A program made the translations under genes and the position numbers. The notes under the pieces are model-generated. The model searched no databases, was not told the origin of the DNA, and saw only the letters and a program-made list of their open reading frames with translations. Positions 48,747 through 58,905 of a stretch of 64,000 nucleotides of DNA are shown piece after piece; the stretch's first letter is position 1, and every line of letters begins with the position of its first letter. The DNA lies in contig NW_027138881.1 in the NCBI RefSeq assembly GCF_035084215.1, positions 434,001 to 498,000 on the forward strand. The letters are read 5' to 3'. The DNA comes from Heptranchias perlo. Its lineage: Eukaryota.

Positions 48747-49378
48747 GAGGCCGTCCTCATGGGTGCGGAACTTGGCTATCAATTTCTGCTCAACGATTTT
48801 GCGTTGTCGAGTGTCTCGAAGGCCGCCTTGGAGTACGCTTACCCGAAGTTCGGTGGCTGAATGTCCTTGACTGCTGAAGTGTTCCCCGACTGGGAGGGAA
48901 CCCTCCTGTCTGGCGATTGTTGCGCGGTGTCCGTTCATCCATTGTCGCAGCGTTTGCATTAGGGTTAGGATCCTCAACCGGGATCTTGGGTTCATGTCAC
49001 GCTACACGTTACCCCACCAGCGAACAAATGTTATCTGTTTTTAATATAACGGGTCAATTGCTGTCTTTTCCTTCCGGATGTTTCTGCCTCTCTCGCTCTT
49101 TTTTTAATTGGCATCTCCACATCATCTGTTTTTTTAGTTCTGGCCATTTATATATTCGGTGGCCCTGTAGGTAACACCTATCTGTCTGAACACTTTGGCA
49201 ACGGGCAGTTGAAAAGACTATCTGTAATCACCAGGCATTGTTCTCTGATTTATAAATGCGATAGGTTCGAGGATTTCATTTCCACATTCACCTGGGGAAG
49301 GAGGAAGCCTCCGAAAGCTTGTGGATTTTAAAATAAAATTGTTGGACTATAACTTGGTGTTGTAAAATTGTTTACAAT
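48744..49378 (+). mobile_element. Penelope-like element 3' part with 5' inversion
   Basis: Minus 48744-48959 encodes MQTLRQWMNGHR...PVGEHFS...EQKLIAKFRTHEDGLN (GIY-YIG C-terminal part). Plus strand from 48972 continues LNRDLGFMSRY into the pLTR. Confidence 0.9.
49287..49325 (+). ncRNA. Minimal type I hammerhead ribozyme motif, core mutated
   Basis: TTCAC-CTGGGGA-A-GGAGG aag CCTCC-GAAA-GCTT-GTGGA: stem I, stem II and palindromic AAGCTT stem III. The CUGANGA core has A>G at 49295. Confidence 0.75.
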
Positions 49379-49600
49379 ATTCAAAGAAGAGCAGGGGAGT
49401 TCTCCCCAGTGTCCTGGGGCCAGTATTTATCCCTCAACCAACATCACTAAAACAGATTATCTGGTCATTATCACATTGCAATTTGTGGGATCTTGCTGTG
49501 CGCAAATTGGCTACTGCATTTCCTACATTACAACAGTGACTACACTTCAAAAGTACCTCATTGGTTGCAAAGCACTCTATAAATACAAGTCTGTCCTTCT
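49379..49600 (+). mobile_element. Deu-domain SINE (SacSINE1/AmnSINE1-like) 3' part
   Basis: CCCTCAACCAACATCACTAAAACAGATTATCTGGTCATT...TTGCTGTGCGCAAATTGGCT...TTTCCTACATTACAACAGTGACTACACTTCAAAA, recognised from memory of the Deu core. An older copy lies at ~28580-28700. Confidence 0.75.
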
Positions 49601-49727
49601 TTCTGTCTACTCAGCTAGCCACAGTTCAATCCCACAGCAAAGCCATGGTAAATACACAAGGTGGACAAAGAAAAGACTTGAGCAACCGACCAGTACAATT
49701 ACATTCAACTGTTTAACTTAGGGAGAA

Positions 49728-52700
49728 ATGGCAGATGTCGGTTCCGGTGTCGGTTCCGGTGTCGGTTCAGGCGTCGGTTCAGGCGTCGAATCAGGCGTCG
49801 AATCAGGTGTCGGTTCAGGCGTCGAATCAGGCGTCGGTTCAGGCATCGGATCAGGCGTCGAATCAGGTGTCGGTTCAGGCGTCGGATCAGGCGTCGGTTC
49901 AGGCGTCGAATCAGGTGTCGGTTCAGGCGTCGGATCAGGCGTCGGATCAGGTGTCGGATCAGGCGTCGGATCAGGCGTCGGATCAGGTGTCGGATCAGGT
50001 GTCGGATCAGGCGTCGGATCAGGCGTCGGTTCAGGCGTCGGATCAGGTGTCGGTTCAGGCGTCGGATCAGGTGTCGGATCAGGCGTCGGATCAGGTGTCG
50101 GATCAGGCGTCGGATCAGGTGTCGGTTCAGGCGTCGGATCAGGTGTCGGATCAGGTGTCGGATCAGGTGTCGGTTCAGGCGTCGGATCAGGTGTCGGATC
50201 AGGTGTCGGATCAGGCGTCGGATCAGGTGTCGGTTCAGGCGTCGGATCAGGTGTCGGTTCAGGCGTCGGATCAGGTGTCGGATCAGGCGTCGGATCAGGC
50301 GTCGGATCAGGCGTCGAATCAGGTGTCGGATCAGGCGTCGGATCAGGCGTCGGATCAGGTGTCGGTTCAGGCGTCGGATCAGGCGTCGGTTCAGGCGTCG
50401 GATCAGGTGTCGGATCAGGCGTCGGATCAGGCGTCGGATCAGGCGTCGAATCAGGTGTCGGATCAGGCGTCGGATCAGGTGTTGGTTCCGGCGTCGGATC
50501 AGGTGTCGGTTCCGGCGTCCGTTCCGGCGTTGGATCAGGTGTTGGATCAGGTGTCGGTTCCGGTGTCGGTTCCAGTGTCGGTTTCGGCGTTGGATCAGGT
50601 GTTGGTTCCGGCGTTGGATCAGGTGTTGGTTCCAGTGTCGGATCAGGTGTTGGTTCCGGCGTTGGATCAGGTGTCGGTTCCAGTGTCGGATCAGGTGTTG
50701 GTTCCAGTGTCGGATCAGGTGTTGGTTCCAGTGTCGGATCAGGTGTTGGTTCCAGTGTCGGATCAGGTGTTGGTTCCAGTGTCGGATCAGGTGTTGGTTC
50801 CGGCGTTGGATCAGGTGTCGGTTCCAGTGTCGGTTCCGGTGTTGGTTCCGGAGTTGGATCAGGTGTCGGTTCCAGTGTTGGTTCCGGTGTTGGTTCCGGC
50901 GTTGGATCAGGTGTCGGTTCCAGTGTCGGATCAGGTGTCGGTTCCGGCGTTGGATCAGGTGTCGGTTCCGGCGTTGGATCAGGTGTCGGTTCCAGTGTCG
51001 GATCAGGTGTTGGTTCCGGCGTTGGATCAGGTGTTGGTTCCGGCGTCGGATCAGGTGTTGGTTCCGGCGTTGGATCAGGTGTTGGTTCCAGTGTCGGTTC
51101 CGGTGTTGGTTCCGGCGTTGGATCAGGTGTCGGTTCCGGTGTCGGTTCCAGTGTCGGATCAGGTGTTGGTTCCAGTGTCGGTTCCGGTGTCGGTTCCAGT
51201 GTCGGATCAGGTGTCGGTTCCGGCGTTGGATCAGGTGTTGGTTCCGGAGTTGGATCAGGTGTCGGTTCCGGCGTCAGATCAGGTGTTGGTTCCAGTGTCG
51301 GATCAGGTGTCGGTTCCAGTGTTGGATCAGGTGTCGGTTCCAGTGTCGGATCAGGTGTCGGTTCCAGTGTCGGATCAGGTGTCGGTTCCAGTGTCGGATC
51401 AGGTGTCGGTTCCAGTGTCGGATCAGGTGTCGGTTCCAGTGTCGGATCAGGTGTCGGTTCCAGTGTCGGATCAGGTGTTGGTTCCAGTGTCGGATCAGGT
51501 GTTGGTTCCGGCGTCGGATCAGGTGTTGGTTCCGGCGTTGGATCAGGTGTCGGTTCCGGCGTTGGATCAGGTGTTGGTTCCAGTGTCGGATCAGGTGTTG
51601 GTTCCAGTGTCGGATCAGGTGTTGGTTCCGGCGTCGGATCAGGTGTTGGTTCCAGTGTCGGATCAGGTGTTGGTTCCGGCGTCGGATCAGGTGTTGGTTC
51701 CGGCGTTGGATCAGGTGTCGGTTCCGGCGTTGGATCAGGTGTTGGTTCCAGTGTCGGTTCCGGTGTTGGTTCCGGCGTTGGATCAGGTGTCGGTTCCAGT
51801 GTCGGATCAGGTGTTGGTTCAGGCGTCGGATCAGGTGTCGGATCAGGTGTCGGATCAGGCGTCGGATCAGGTGTCGGTTCAGGCGTCGGATCAGGTGTCG
51901 GTTCAGGCGTCGGATCAGGTGTCGGATCAGGCGTCGGATCAGGCGTCGGATCAGGCGTCGAATCAGGTGTCGGATCAGGCGTCGGATCAGGCGTCGGATC
52001 AGGTGTCGGTTCAGGCGTCGGATCAGGCGTCGGTTCAGGCGTCGGATCAGGTGTCGGATCAGGCGTCGGATCAGGCGTCGGATCAGGCGTCGAATCAGGT
52101 GTCGGATCAGGCGTCGGATCAGGTGTTGGTTCCGGCGTCGGATCAGGTGTCGGTTCCGGCGTCCGTTCCGGCGTTGGATCAGGTGTTGGATCAGGTGTCG
52201 GTTCCGGTGTCGGTTCCAGTGTCGGTTTCGGCGTTGGATCAGGTGTTGGTTCCGGCGTTGGATCAGGTGTTGGTTCCAGTGTCGGATCAGGTGTTGGTTC
52301 CGGCGTTGGATCAGGTGTCGGTTCCAGTGTCGGATCAGGTGTTGGTTCCAGTGTCGGATCAGGTGTTGGTTCCAGTGTCGGATCAGGTGTTGGTTCCAGT
52401 GTCGGATCAGGTGTTGGTTCCAGTGTCGGATCAGGTGTTGGTTCCGGCGTTGGATCAGGTGTCGGTTCCAGTGTCGGTTCCGGTGTTGGTTCCGGAGTTG
52501 GATCAGGTGTCGGTTCCAGTGTTGGTTCCGGTGTTGGTTCCGGCGTTGGATCAGGTGTCGGTTCCAGTGTCGGATCAGGTGTCGGTTCCGGCGTTGGATC
52601 AGGTGTCGGTTCCGGCGTTGGATCAGGTGTTGGTTCCAGTGTCGGTTCCGGTGTTGGTTCCGGCGTTGGATCAGGTGTCGGTTCCAGTGTCGGATCAGGT

Positions 52701-54854
52701 GTTGGTTCCGGCGTTGGATCAGGTGTTGGTTCCGGCGTCGGATCAGGTGTTGGTTCCGGCGTTGGATCAGGTGTTGGTTCCAGTGTCGGTTCCGGTGTTG
52801 GTTCCGGCGTTGGATCAGGTGTCGGTTCCGGTGTCGGTTCCAGTGTCGGATCAGGTGTTGGTTCCAGTGTCGGTTCCGGTGTCGGTTCCAGTGTCGGATC
52901 AGGTGTCGGTTCCGGCGTTGGATCAGGTGTTGGTTCCGGAGTTGGATCAGGTGTCGGTTCCGGCGTCAGATCAGGTGTTGGTTCCAGTGTCGGATCAGGT
53001 GTCGGTTCCAGTGTCGGATCAGGTGTCGGTTCCAGTGTCGGATCAGGTGTCGGTTCCAGTGTCGGATCAGGTGTCGGTTCCAGTGTCGGATCAGGTGTCG
53101 GTTCCAGTGTCGGATCAGGTGTCGGTTCCAGTGTCGGATCAGGTGTCGGTTCCAGTGTCGGATCAGGTGTTGGTTCCAGTGTCGGATCAGGTGTTGGTTC
53201 CGGCGTCGGATCAGGTGTCGGTTCCGGCGTTGGATCAGGTGTCGGTTCCGGCGTTGGATCAGGTGTTGGTTCCAGTGTCGGATCAGGTGTTGGTTCCAGT
53301 GTCGGATCAGGTGTTGGTTCCGGCGTCGGATCAGGTGTTGGTTCCAGTGTCGGATCAGGTGTTGGTTCCGGCGTCGGATCAGGTGTTGGTTCCGGCGTTG
53401 GATCAGGTGTCGGTTCCGGCGTTGGATCAGGTGTTGGTTCCAGTGTCGGTTCCGGTGTTGGTTCCGGCGTTGGATCAGGTGTCGGTTCCAGTGTCGGATC
53501 AGGTGTTGGTTCCGGCGTTGGATCAGGTGTTGGTTCCGGCGTCGGATCAGGTGTTGGTTCCGGCGTTGGATCAGGTGTTGGTTCCAGTGTCGGTTCCGGT
53601 GTTGGTTCCGGCGTTGGATCAGGTGTCGGTTCCGGTGTCCGTTCCAGTGTCGGATCAGGTGTCGGTTCCAGTGTCGGATCAGGTGTTGGTTCCGGCGTCG
53701 GATCAGGTGTCGGTTCCGGCGTTGGATCAGGTGTCGGTTCCGGCGTTGGATCAGGTGTTGGTTCCAGTGTCGGATCAGGTGTTGGTTCCAGTGTCGGTTC
53801 CGGTGTCGGTTCCAGTGTCGGATCAGGTGTCGGTTCCGGCGTTGGATCAGGTGTTGGTTCCAGTGTCGGATCAGGTGTCGGTTCCAGTGTTGGATCAGGT
53901 GTTGGTTCCAGTGTCGGATCAGGTGTCGGTTCCGGCGTTGGATCAGGTGTTGGTTCCGGCGTCGGATCAGGTGTCGGTTCCGGCGTTGGATCAGGTGTTG
54001 GTTCCAGTGTCGGATCAGGTGTCGGTTCCAGTGTCGGATCAGGTGTCGGTTCCAGTGTCGGATCAGGTGTCGGTTCCAGTGTCGGATCAGGTGTCGGTTC
54101 CAGTGTTGGATCAGGTGTCGGTTCCAGTGTCGGATCAGGTGTCGGTTCCAGTGTCGGATCAGGTGTTGGTTCCAGTGTCGGATCAGGTGTCGGTTCCGGC
54201 GTCGGATCAGGTGTCGGTTCCGGCGTTGGATCAGGTGTTGGTTCCAGTGTCGGATCAGGTGTTGGTTCCGGCGTTGGATCAGGTGTTGGTTCCAGTGTCG
54301 GATCAGGTGTTGGTTCCGGCGTCGGATCAGGTGTTGGTTCCAGCGTTGGATCAGGTGTTGGTTCCGGCGTTGGATCAGGTGTCGGTTCCGGCGTTGGATC
54401 AGGTGTTGGTTCCGGCGTTGGATCAGGTGTCGGTTTCCGTGTCGGATCAGGTGTTGGTTCCAGTGTCGGATCAGGTGTTGGTTCCGGCGTCGGATCAGGT
54501 GTTGGTTCCGGTGTCGGTTCCGGTGTTGGTTCCGGCGTTGGATCAGGTGTCGGTTCCAGTGTCGGATCAGGTGTTGGTTCCGGCGTCGGATCAGGTGTTG
54601 GTTCCAGTGTCGGTTCCGGTGTCGGTTCCAGTGTCGGATCAGGTGTCGGTTCCAGTGTCGGATCAGGTGTTGGTTCCGGCGTTGGATCAGGTGTTGGTTC
54701 CGGCGTTGGATCAGATGTCGGTTCCAGTGTCGGTTATCTCGGGTGCACAGAGGCTTACTCCATTCCACTGCATTTCTGTTCCTTAGAAACAAGATTGTGT
54801 TTGCCTACTGGACGCTCGCTAATAAATTATTTGTTTTTTCCTGCAGCTTTCTAA
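49728..54854 (+). CDS. Hypothetical 1708-aa (GSGV)n low-complexity protein, coding status unproven
   Basis: Open frame from gaaATGg three codons before the array to a stop ~40 codons after it. Variation is mostly synonymous in this frame. AATAAA at 54922. Confidence 0.3.
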   Translation: MADVGSGVGSGVGSGVGSGVESGVESGVGSGVESGVGSGIGSGVESGVGSGVGSGVGSGVESGVGSGVGSGVGSGVGSGVGSGVGSGVGSGVGSGVGSGVGSGVGSGVGSGVGSGVGSGVGSGVGSGVGSGVGSGVGSGVGSGVGSGVGSGVGSGVGSGVGSGVGSGVGSGVGSGVGSGVGSGVGSGVGSGVGSGVESGVGSGVGSGVGSGVGSGVGSGVGSGVGSGVGSGVGSGVGSGVESGVGSGVGSGVGSGVGSGVGSGVRSGVGSGVGSGVGSGVGSSVGFGVGSGVGSGVGSGVGSSVGSGVGSGVGSGVGSSVGSGVGSSVGSGVGSSVGSGVGSSVGSGVGSSVGSGVGSGVGSGVGSSVGSGVGSGVGSGVGSSVGSGVGSGVGSGVGSSVGSGVGSGVGSGVGSGVGSGVGSSVGSGVGSGVGSGVGSGVGSGVGSGVGSGVGSSVGSGVGSGVGSGVGSGVGSSVGSGVGSSVGSGVGSSVGSGVGSGVGSGVGSGVGSGVGSGVRSGVGSSVGSGVGSSVGSGVGSSVGSGVGSSVGSGVGSSVGSGVGSSVGSGVGSSVGSGVGSSVGSGVGSSVGSGVGSGVGSGVGSGVGSGVGSGVGSGVGSSVGSGVGSSVGSGVGSGVGSGVGSSVGSGVGSGVGSGVGSGVGSGVGSGVGSGVGSSVGSGVGSGVGSGVGSSVGSGVGSGVGSGVGSGVGSGVGSGVGSGVGSGVGSGVGSGVGSGVGSGVGSGVESGVGSGVGSGVGSGVGSGVGSGVGSGVGSGVGSGVGSGVGSGVESGVGSGVGSGVGSGVGSGVGSGVRSGVGSGVGSGVGSGVGSSVGFGVGSGVGSGVGSGVGSSVGSGVGSGVGSGVGSSVGSGVGSSVGSGVGSSVGSGVGSSVGSGVGSSVGSGVGSGVGSGVGSSVGSGVGSGVGSGVGSSVGSGVGSGVGSGVGSSVGSGVGSGVGSGVGSGVGSGVGSSVGSGVGSGVGSGVGSSVGSGVGSGVGSGVGSGVGSGVGSGVGSGVGSSVGSGVGSGVGSGVGSGVGSSVGSGVGSSVGSGVGSSVGSGVGSGVGSGVGSGVGSGVGSGVRSGVGSSVGSGVGSSVGSGVGSSVGSGVGSSVGSGVGSSVGSGVGSSVGSGVGSSVGSGVGSSVGSGVGSSVGSGVGSGVGSGVGSGVGSGVGSGVGSGVGSSVGSGVGSSVGSGVGSGVGSGVGSSVGSGVGSGVGSGVGSGVGSGVGSGVGSGVGSSVGSGVGSGVGSGVGSSVGSGVGSGVGSGVGSGVGSGVGSGVGSGVGSSVGSGVGSGVGSGVGSGVRSSVGSGVGSSVGSGVGSGVGSGVGSGVGSGVGSGVGSGVGSSVGSGVGSSVGSGVGSSVGSGVGSGVGSGVGSSVGSGVGSSVGSGVGSSVGSGVGSGVGSGVGSGVGSGVGSGVGSGVGSSVGSGVGSSVGSGVGSSVGSGVGSSVGSGVGSSVGSGVGSSVGSGVGSSVGSGVGSSVGSGVGSGVGSGVGSGVGSGVGSSVGSGVGSGVGSGVGSSVGSGVGSGVGSGVGSSVGSGVGSGVGSGVGSGVGSGVGSGVGSGVGFRVGSGVGSSVGSGVGSGVGSGVGSGVGSGVGSGVGSGVGSSVGSGVGSGVGSGVGSSVGSGVGSSVGSGVGSSVGSGVGSGVGSGVGSGVGSDVGSSVGYLGCTEAYSIPLHFCSLETRLCLPTGRSLINYLFFPAAF
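49737..54734. repeat. 12-bp tandem array, ~416 units, ~5 kb
   Basis: Consensus GTY GGW TCM RGY. The register is held across the whole array. Confidence 0.98.
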
Positions 54855-54911
54855 CCCTGTCCTCCAGTGAGCTGAGGTCGTCTTGTTGTTTCCAAAAGAC
54901 TTGAAGAGCCT
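54805..54911 (-). CDS. Candidate terminal exon of an unidentified convergent gene
   Basis: Acceptor atctttattcctttcatag|. Phase-1 reading gives [35 protein letters not shown], coiled-coil-like. Not recognised. Confidence 0.25.
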
Positions 54912-55349
54912 CTATGAAAGGAATAAAGATTTAAATGGCAATTAAGAGTTTTCCCTTATAATTGCAATACTGTGTCCAACTAAACTTCTCCAGTTTAAAC
55001 CTCTAATTGTATTCAGCTTTTAACCAGAGCTAATTAACTATACACAGACACACATTCACAGACCAACAATCAATTACAGATAGGCACTCACAGAGTGATG
55101 AGTCTGACTGTTGCAGTAGGTTAGCATACTGTCTTTTCACATCTATCAGCTAAATCAAAGTGCAACCCAGACTGAGCCAGCGAAAGTTCTGCCTCTGGGG
55201 TGGATATTAACTTTCCTCACCAGGCGGTAAATTCAGCGTTTTGGATCGGCCGCCCGTTATATGCCTCGCCCCGTTTTTCTTTCCATTAACTTGAGTTGGA
55301 GGGAGAAAACCAGAGAAATGATCACCAAGGCACCAAATAATGCCAAACC

Positions 55350-58300
55350 TCCCAAGCTGTTAGAAGAAGCAACAGAGGAAATAGCGGAGGCTCTGACCAT
55401 CATTTTCCAATCCTCACTAGATACAGGTGTTGTGCCGGAGGATTGAAGGACTGCTAACGTTGTACCGTTGTTTAAAAAGGGAGCGAGGGATAGACCAAGT
55501 AATTACAGGCCAGTCAGTCTAACCTTGGCGCTGGGCAAATTATTGGAATCAATTCTGAGAGACAGGATAAACCGTCACTTAGAAAGGCACGGAGTAATCA
55601 AGGACAGTCAGCATGGATTTGTTACGGAAGGTCATGTCTGACCAACTTGATTGAATTTTTTGAGGAGGTAACAAGGAGGGTCGATGAGGTTAGTGCATTT
55701 GATGTAGTCCACATGGATTTTAGCAAGGCTTTTGACAAGGTTCCACATGGCAGACTGGTCAAAAAAGTAAAAGCTCATGGGATCCAAGGGAATGTGGCAA
55801 ATTGGATCCAAAATTGGCTCAGTGGCAGGAAGCAAAGGGTAATGGTTGACGGGTGTTTTTGTGACTGGAAGGCTGTTTCCAGTGGGGACCTGCAAGGTTC
55901 AGTACTAAGTCCCTTGCTTTTTGTGGTATATATTAATCATTTGAACTTGAATGTGGAGGGCTTGATCAAGAAGTTTGCAGATGATACAAAAATTAGCCTT
56001 GTGGTTGATAGTGAGGAAGAAAGCTGTAGACTGCAGGAAGATATCAGTGGACTTGTTAGGTTGGCAGAAAAGTGGCAAATGGAATTCAATCCAGAGAAGT
56101 GTGAGGTAATGCATTTGGGAGGGCAAACAAGGCAAGGGAATATACAATAAATGGGAGGATACTGAGAGGTGTAGAGGAAGTGAGGGACCTTGGAGTGCAT
56201 GTCCACAGATCCCTGAAGTTAGCAGGACAGGTAGATAAGGTGGTTAAAAAGGCATACGGGATACTTTCCTTTATTAGCCAAGGCATAGAATATAAGAGCA
56301 GGGAGGTTATGCTTGAACTGTATACAACACTGGTTAGACCACAGCTTGAGTACTGTGTACAGTTCCAGTCACCACATTACAGGAAGGATGTAATTGCACT
56401 AGAGAGTGTTGCCAGGGATGGAGAATTTTAGCTATGAGGAAAGATTGGATAGGCTGGGGCTATTCTCTTTGGTACAGAGGAGGCTGAGGGGATATTTAAT
56501 TGAAGTGTATAAAATTATGAGGGGCCTAGATAGAGTGGATAGGAAGGACCTATGGGGAACAAGGAAATGGCAGAGCAATTAAACAAATACTTTGGTTCTG
56601 TCTTCACAGAAGAGGACACAAATAACTTGCCAGAAATGCGAGGGAACCAAGGGTCTAGTGAGAAGGAGGAATTAAAGGAAATTAGTATTAGTAAAAAAAT
56701 AGTGCTGGAGAAATTAATGGGACTGAAAGCTGATAAATCCCCAGGGCCTGATAATCTGCATCCCAGAGTACTGAAAGAGGTAGCCATGGAAATAGTGGAT
56801 ACATTAGTTGTCATCTTCCAAAATTCTATCGATTATGGAACAGTTCCTGCAGATTGGAGGGTGGCAAATGTAACCCCACTATTTAAAAAAGGAAGGAGAG
56901 AGAAAACAGGGAACTACAGACCTGTTAGCCGAACATCAGTAGTAGGGAAAATGCTGGAGTCTATTATAAAGGATGTGATAACAGGACACTTAGAAAATAT
57001 GAGTGGGATTAGACAAAGTCAACACGGGTTTATGAAAGGGAAATCATGTTTGACAAACCTACTGGAGTTTTTTGAGGATGTAACTGGTAGAATAGATAAG
57101 GGAGAACCAGTGGATGTGGTTTATTTGGATTTTCAGAAGGCCTTTGATAAAGTCCCACACAAGAGGTTAGTGTGCAAAATTAAAGCACATGGGATTGGGG
57201 GGAATATACTGGCATGGATTGAAAATTGGTTGACAGACAGGAAACAGAGTAGGAACGAATGGGTCATTTTTGGGGTGGCAGTTAGTGACTAGTGGGGTAC
57301 CGCAGGGATCAGTGCTTGGGCCCCAGCTATTCACAATATATATCAATGATTTGGATGAGGGAACTAAATGTAATATTTCCAAGTTTGCTGACGACACAAA
57401 ATTAGGTGGGATCATGAGTTGTGAGGAGGATGCAAAGAGACTTCAAGGCAATTTGGACAAGTTGAGTGAGTGGGCAAATACATGGCAGATGCAGTATAAT
57501 GTGAATAAATGTGAAGTTATCCACTTCGGAAGGAAAAACAAAAAGGCAGAGTATTATTTAAATGGTGATAGATTGGGAAATGTTGATGTACAAAGGGACC
57601 TGGGTGTCCTTGTACACCAGTCACTGAAAGCAAACATGCAGGTGCAGCAAGCAGTTAGGAAGGCAAATGGTATGTTGGCCTTCATTGCAAGAGGATTTGA
57701 GTACAGGAGCAAGGATGTCTTACTGCAGTTATACAGGGCCTTGGTGAGACCACACCTGGAGTATTGTGTGCAGTTTTGGTCTCCTTACCTAAGAAAAGGA
57801 TATATTTGCCATAGAGGGAGTGCAGCGAAGGTTCACCAGACTGATTCCTGGGATGGCAGGACTGTCGTATGAGGAGAGATTGGGTCGACTCGGCCTGTAT
57901 TCACTCGAGTTTAGAAGAATGAGAGGGGATCTCATTGAAACATATAAAATTCTGACGGGGCTTGACAGACTGGATGCAGGGAGGATGTTTCCCCTGGTTG
58001 GAGGGTCCAGAACGAGGGGTCACAGTCTCAGGATATGGGGTAGGACATTTAGGACTGAGATGAGGAGAGATTTCTTCACTCAGAGGGTGGTGAACCTGTG
58101 GAATTCTCTACCACAGAAGGCTGTGGAGGCCAAGTCACTGAATATATTTAAGAAGGAGCTAAATAGATTTCTAGACACAAAAGGCATCAAGGGGTGTGGG
58201 GAGAGAGCGGGAATATGGTATTGAGATAGAGGATCAGCCATGATCATATTGAATGCCGGAGCAGGCTCGAAGGGCCGAATGGCCCACTCCTGCTCCTATT

Positions 58301-58620
58301 TTCGATGTTTCTATGACCTATTTCCATTAGCACAAAGGTCAATAACTAGGGGGCATAGATTTAAATTAATTAGAAGGATTAGAGGGGAGTTGAGGAGAAA
58401 TTTTTTCACCCAGAGGCTGGTGGAGGTCTGAAACTCACTGCCTGAAAGGGTGGCAGAGACAGAAACCCTCATTGCATTTAAAAAGTACTTGGATATGCAC
58501 TTGAACCTACAAGCCTACAGACGAAGTGCTGGAAAGTGGGATTAGGCAGGATAGCTCGTTTTCAGCTGCCACAGACACGATGGGCCGAATGGTCTCCTTC
58601 TGTACTGTAAATTTCTGCAT
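55350..58620 (+). mobile_element. CR1 RT/3' fragment split by a nested CR1
   Basis: RT motifs 55350-56553. The sequence resumes GACCTATTTCC at 58315 and runs to the tail. Confidence 0.9.
56554..58314 (+). mobile_element. Nested CR1 with 7-bp TSD
   Basis: GACCTAT at 56547-56553 and 58315-58321. RT ORFs 56552-57292, 57270-57872 and 57820-58224. Confidence 0.92.
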
Positions 58621-58905
58621 TCTGATTTTGCTACGGAGAAAGCATGTCCAGTCTCCCCTTGTCTAATGCAGATGCTACTGTTTCCTCAGTTCCAACTAAT
58701 GCCGAGTGACACACAGGCTGTCTCTGAAAAGTAAAAGAAAACTTCCACATCCAATGTACCAGCACCTTCCAACACTGGGCTCCCAAAGTACAGGTGTTGC
58801 CAGATATCGGCTGAAGATCCACTTTGGTGCCAACTGACACTACAGTCTACATTTCAGTCAACCCCAATGTTTCAGATTAGGACAAGCTGATTTGAGACCT
58901 TTTTC

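Noticed and set aside
49735-54792. Alternative array ORFs (SDQV/VPV frame, RHLIRHWN frame)
   Set aside because: The common variants are non-synonymous in these frames; by-products of the repeat.
58625-58725. Strong minus-strand acceptor at ~58725
   Set aside because: No good donor and no recognisable peptide.
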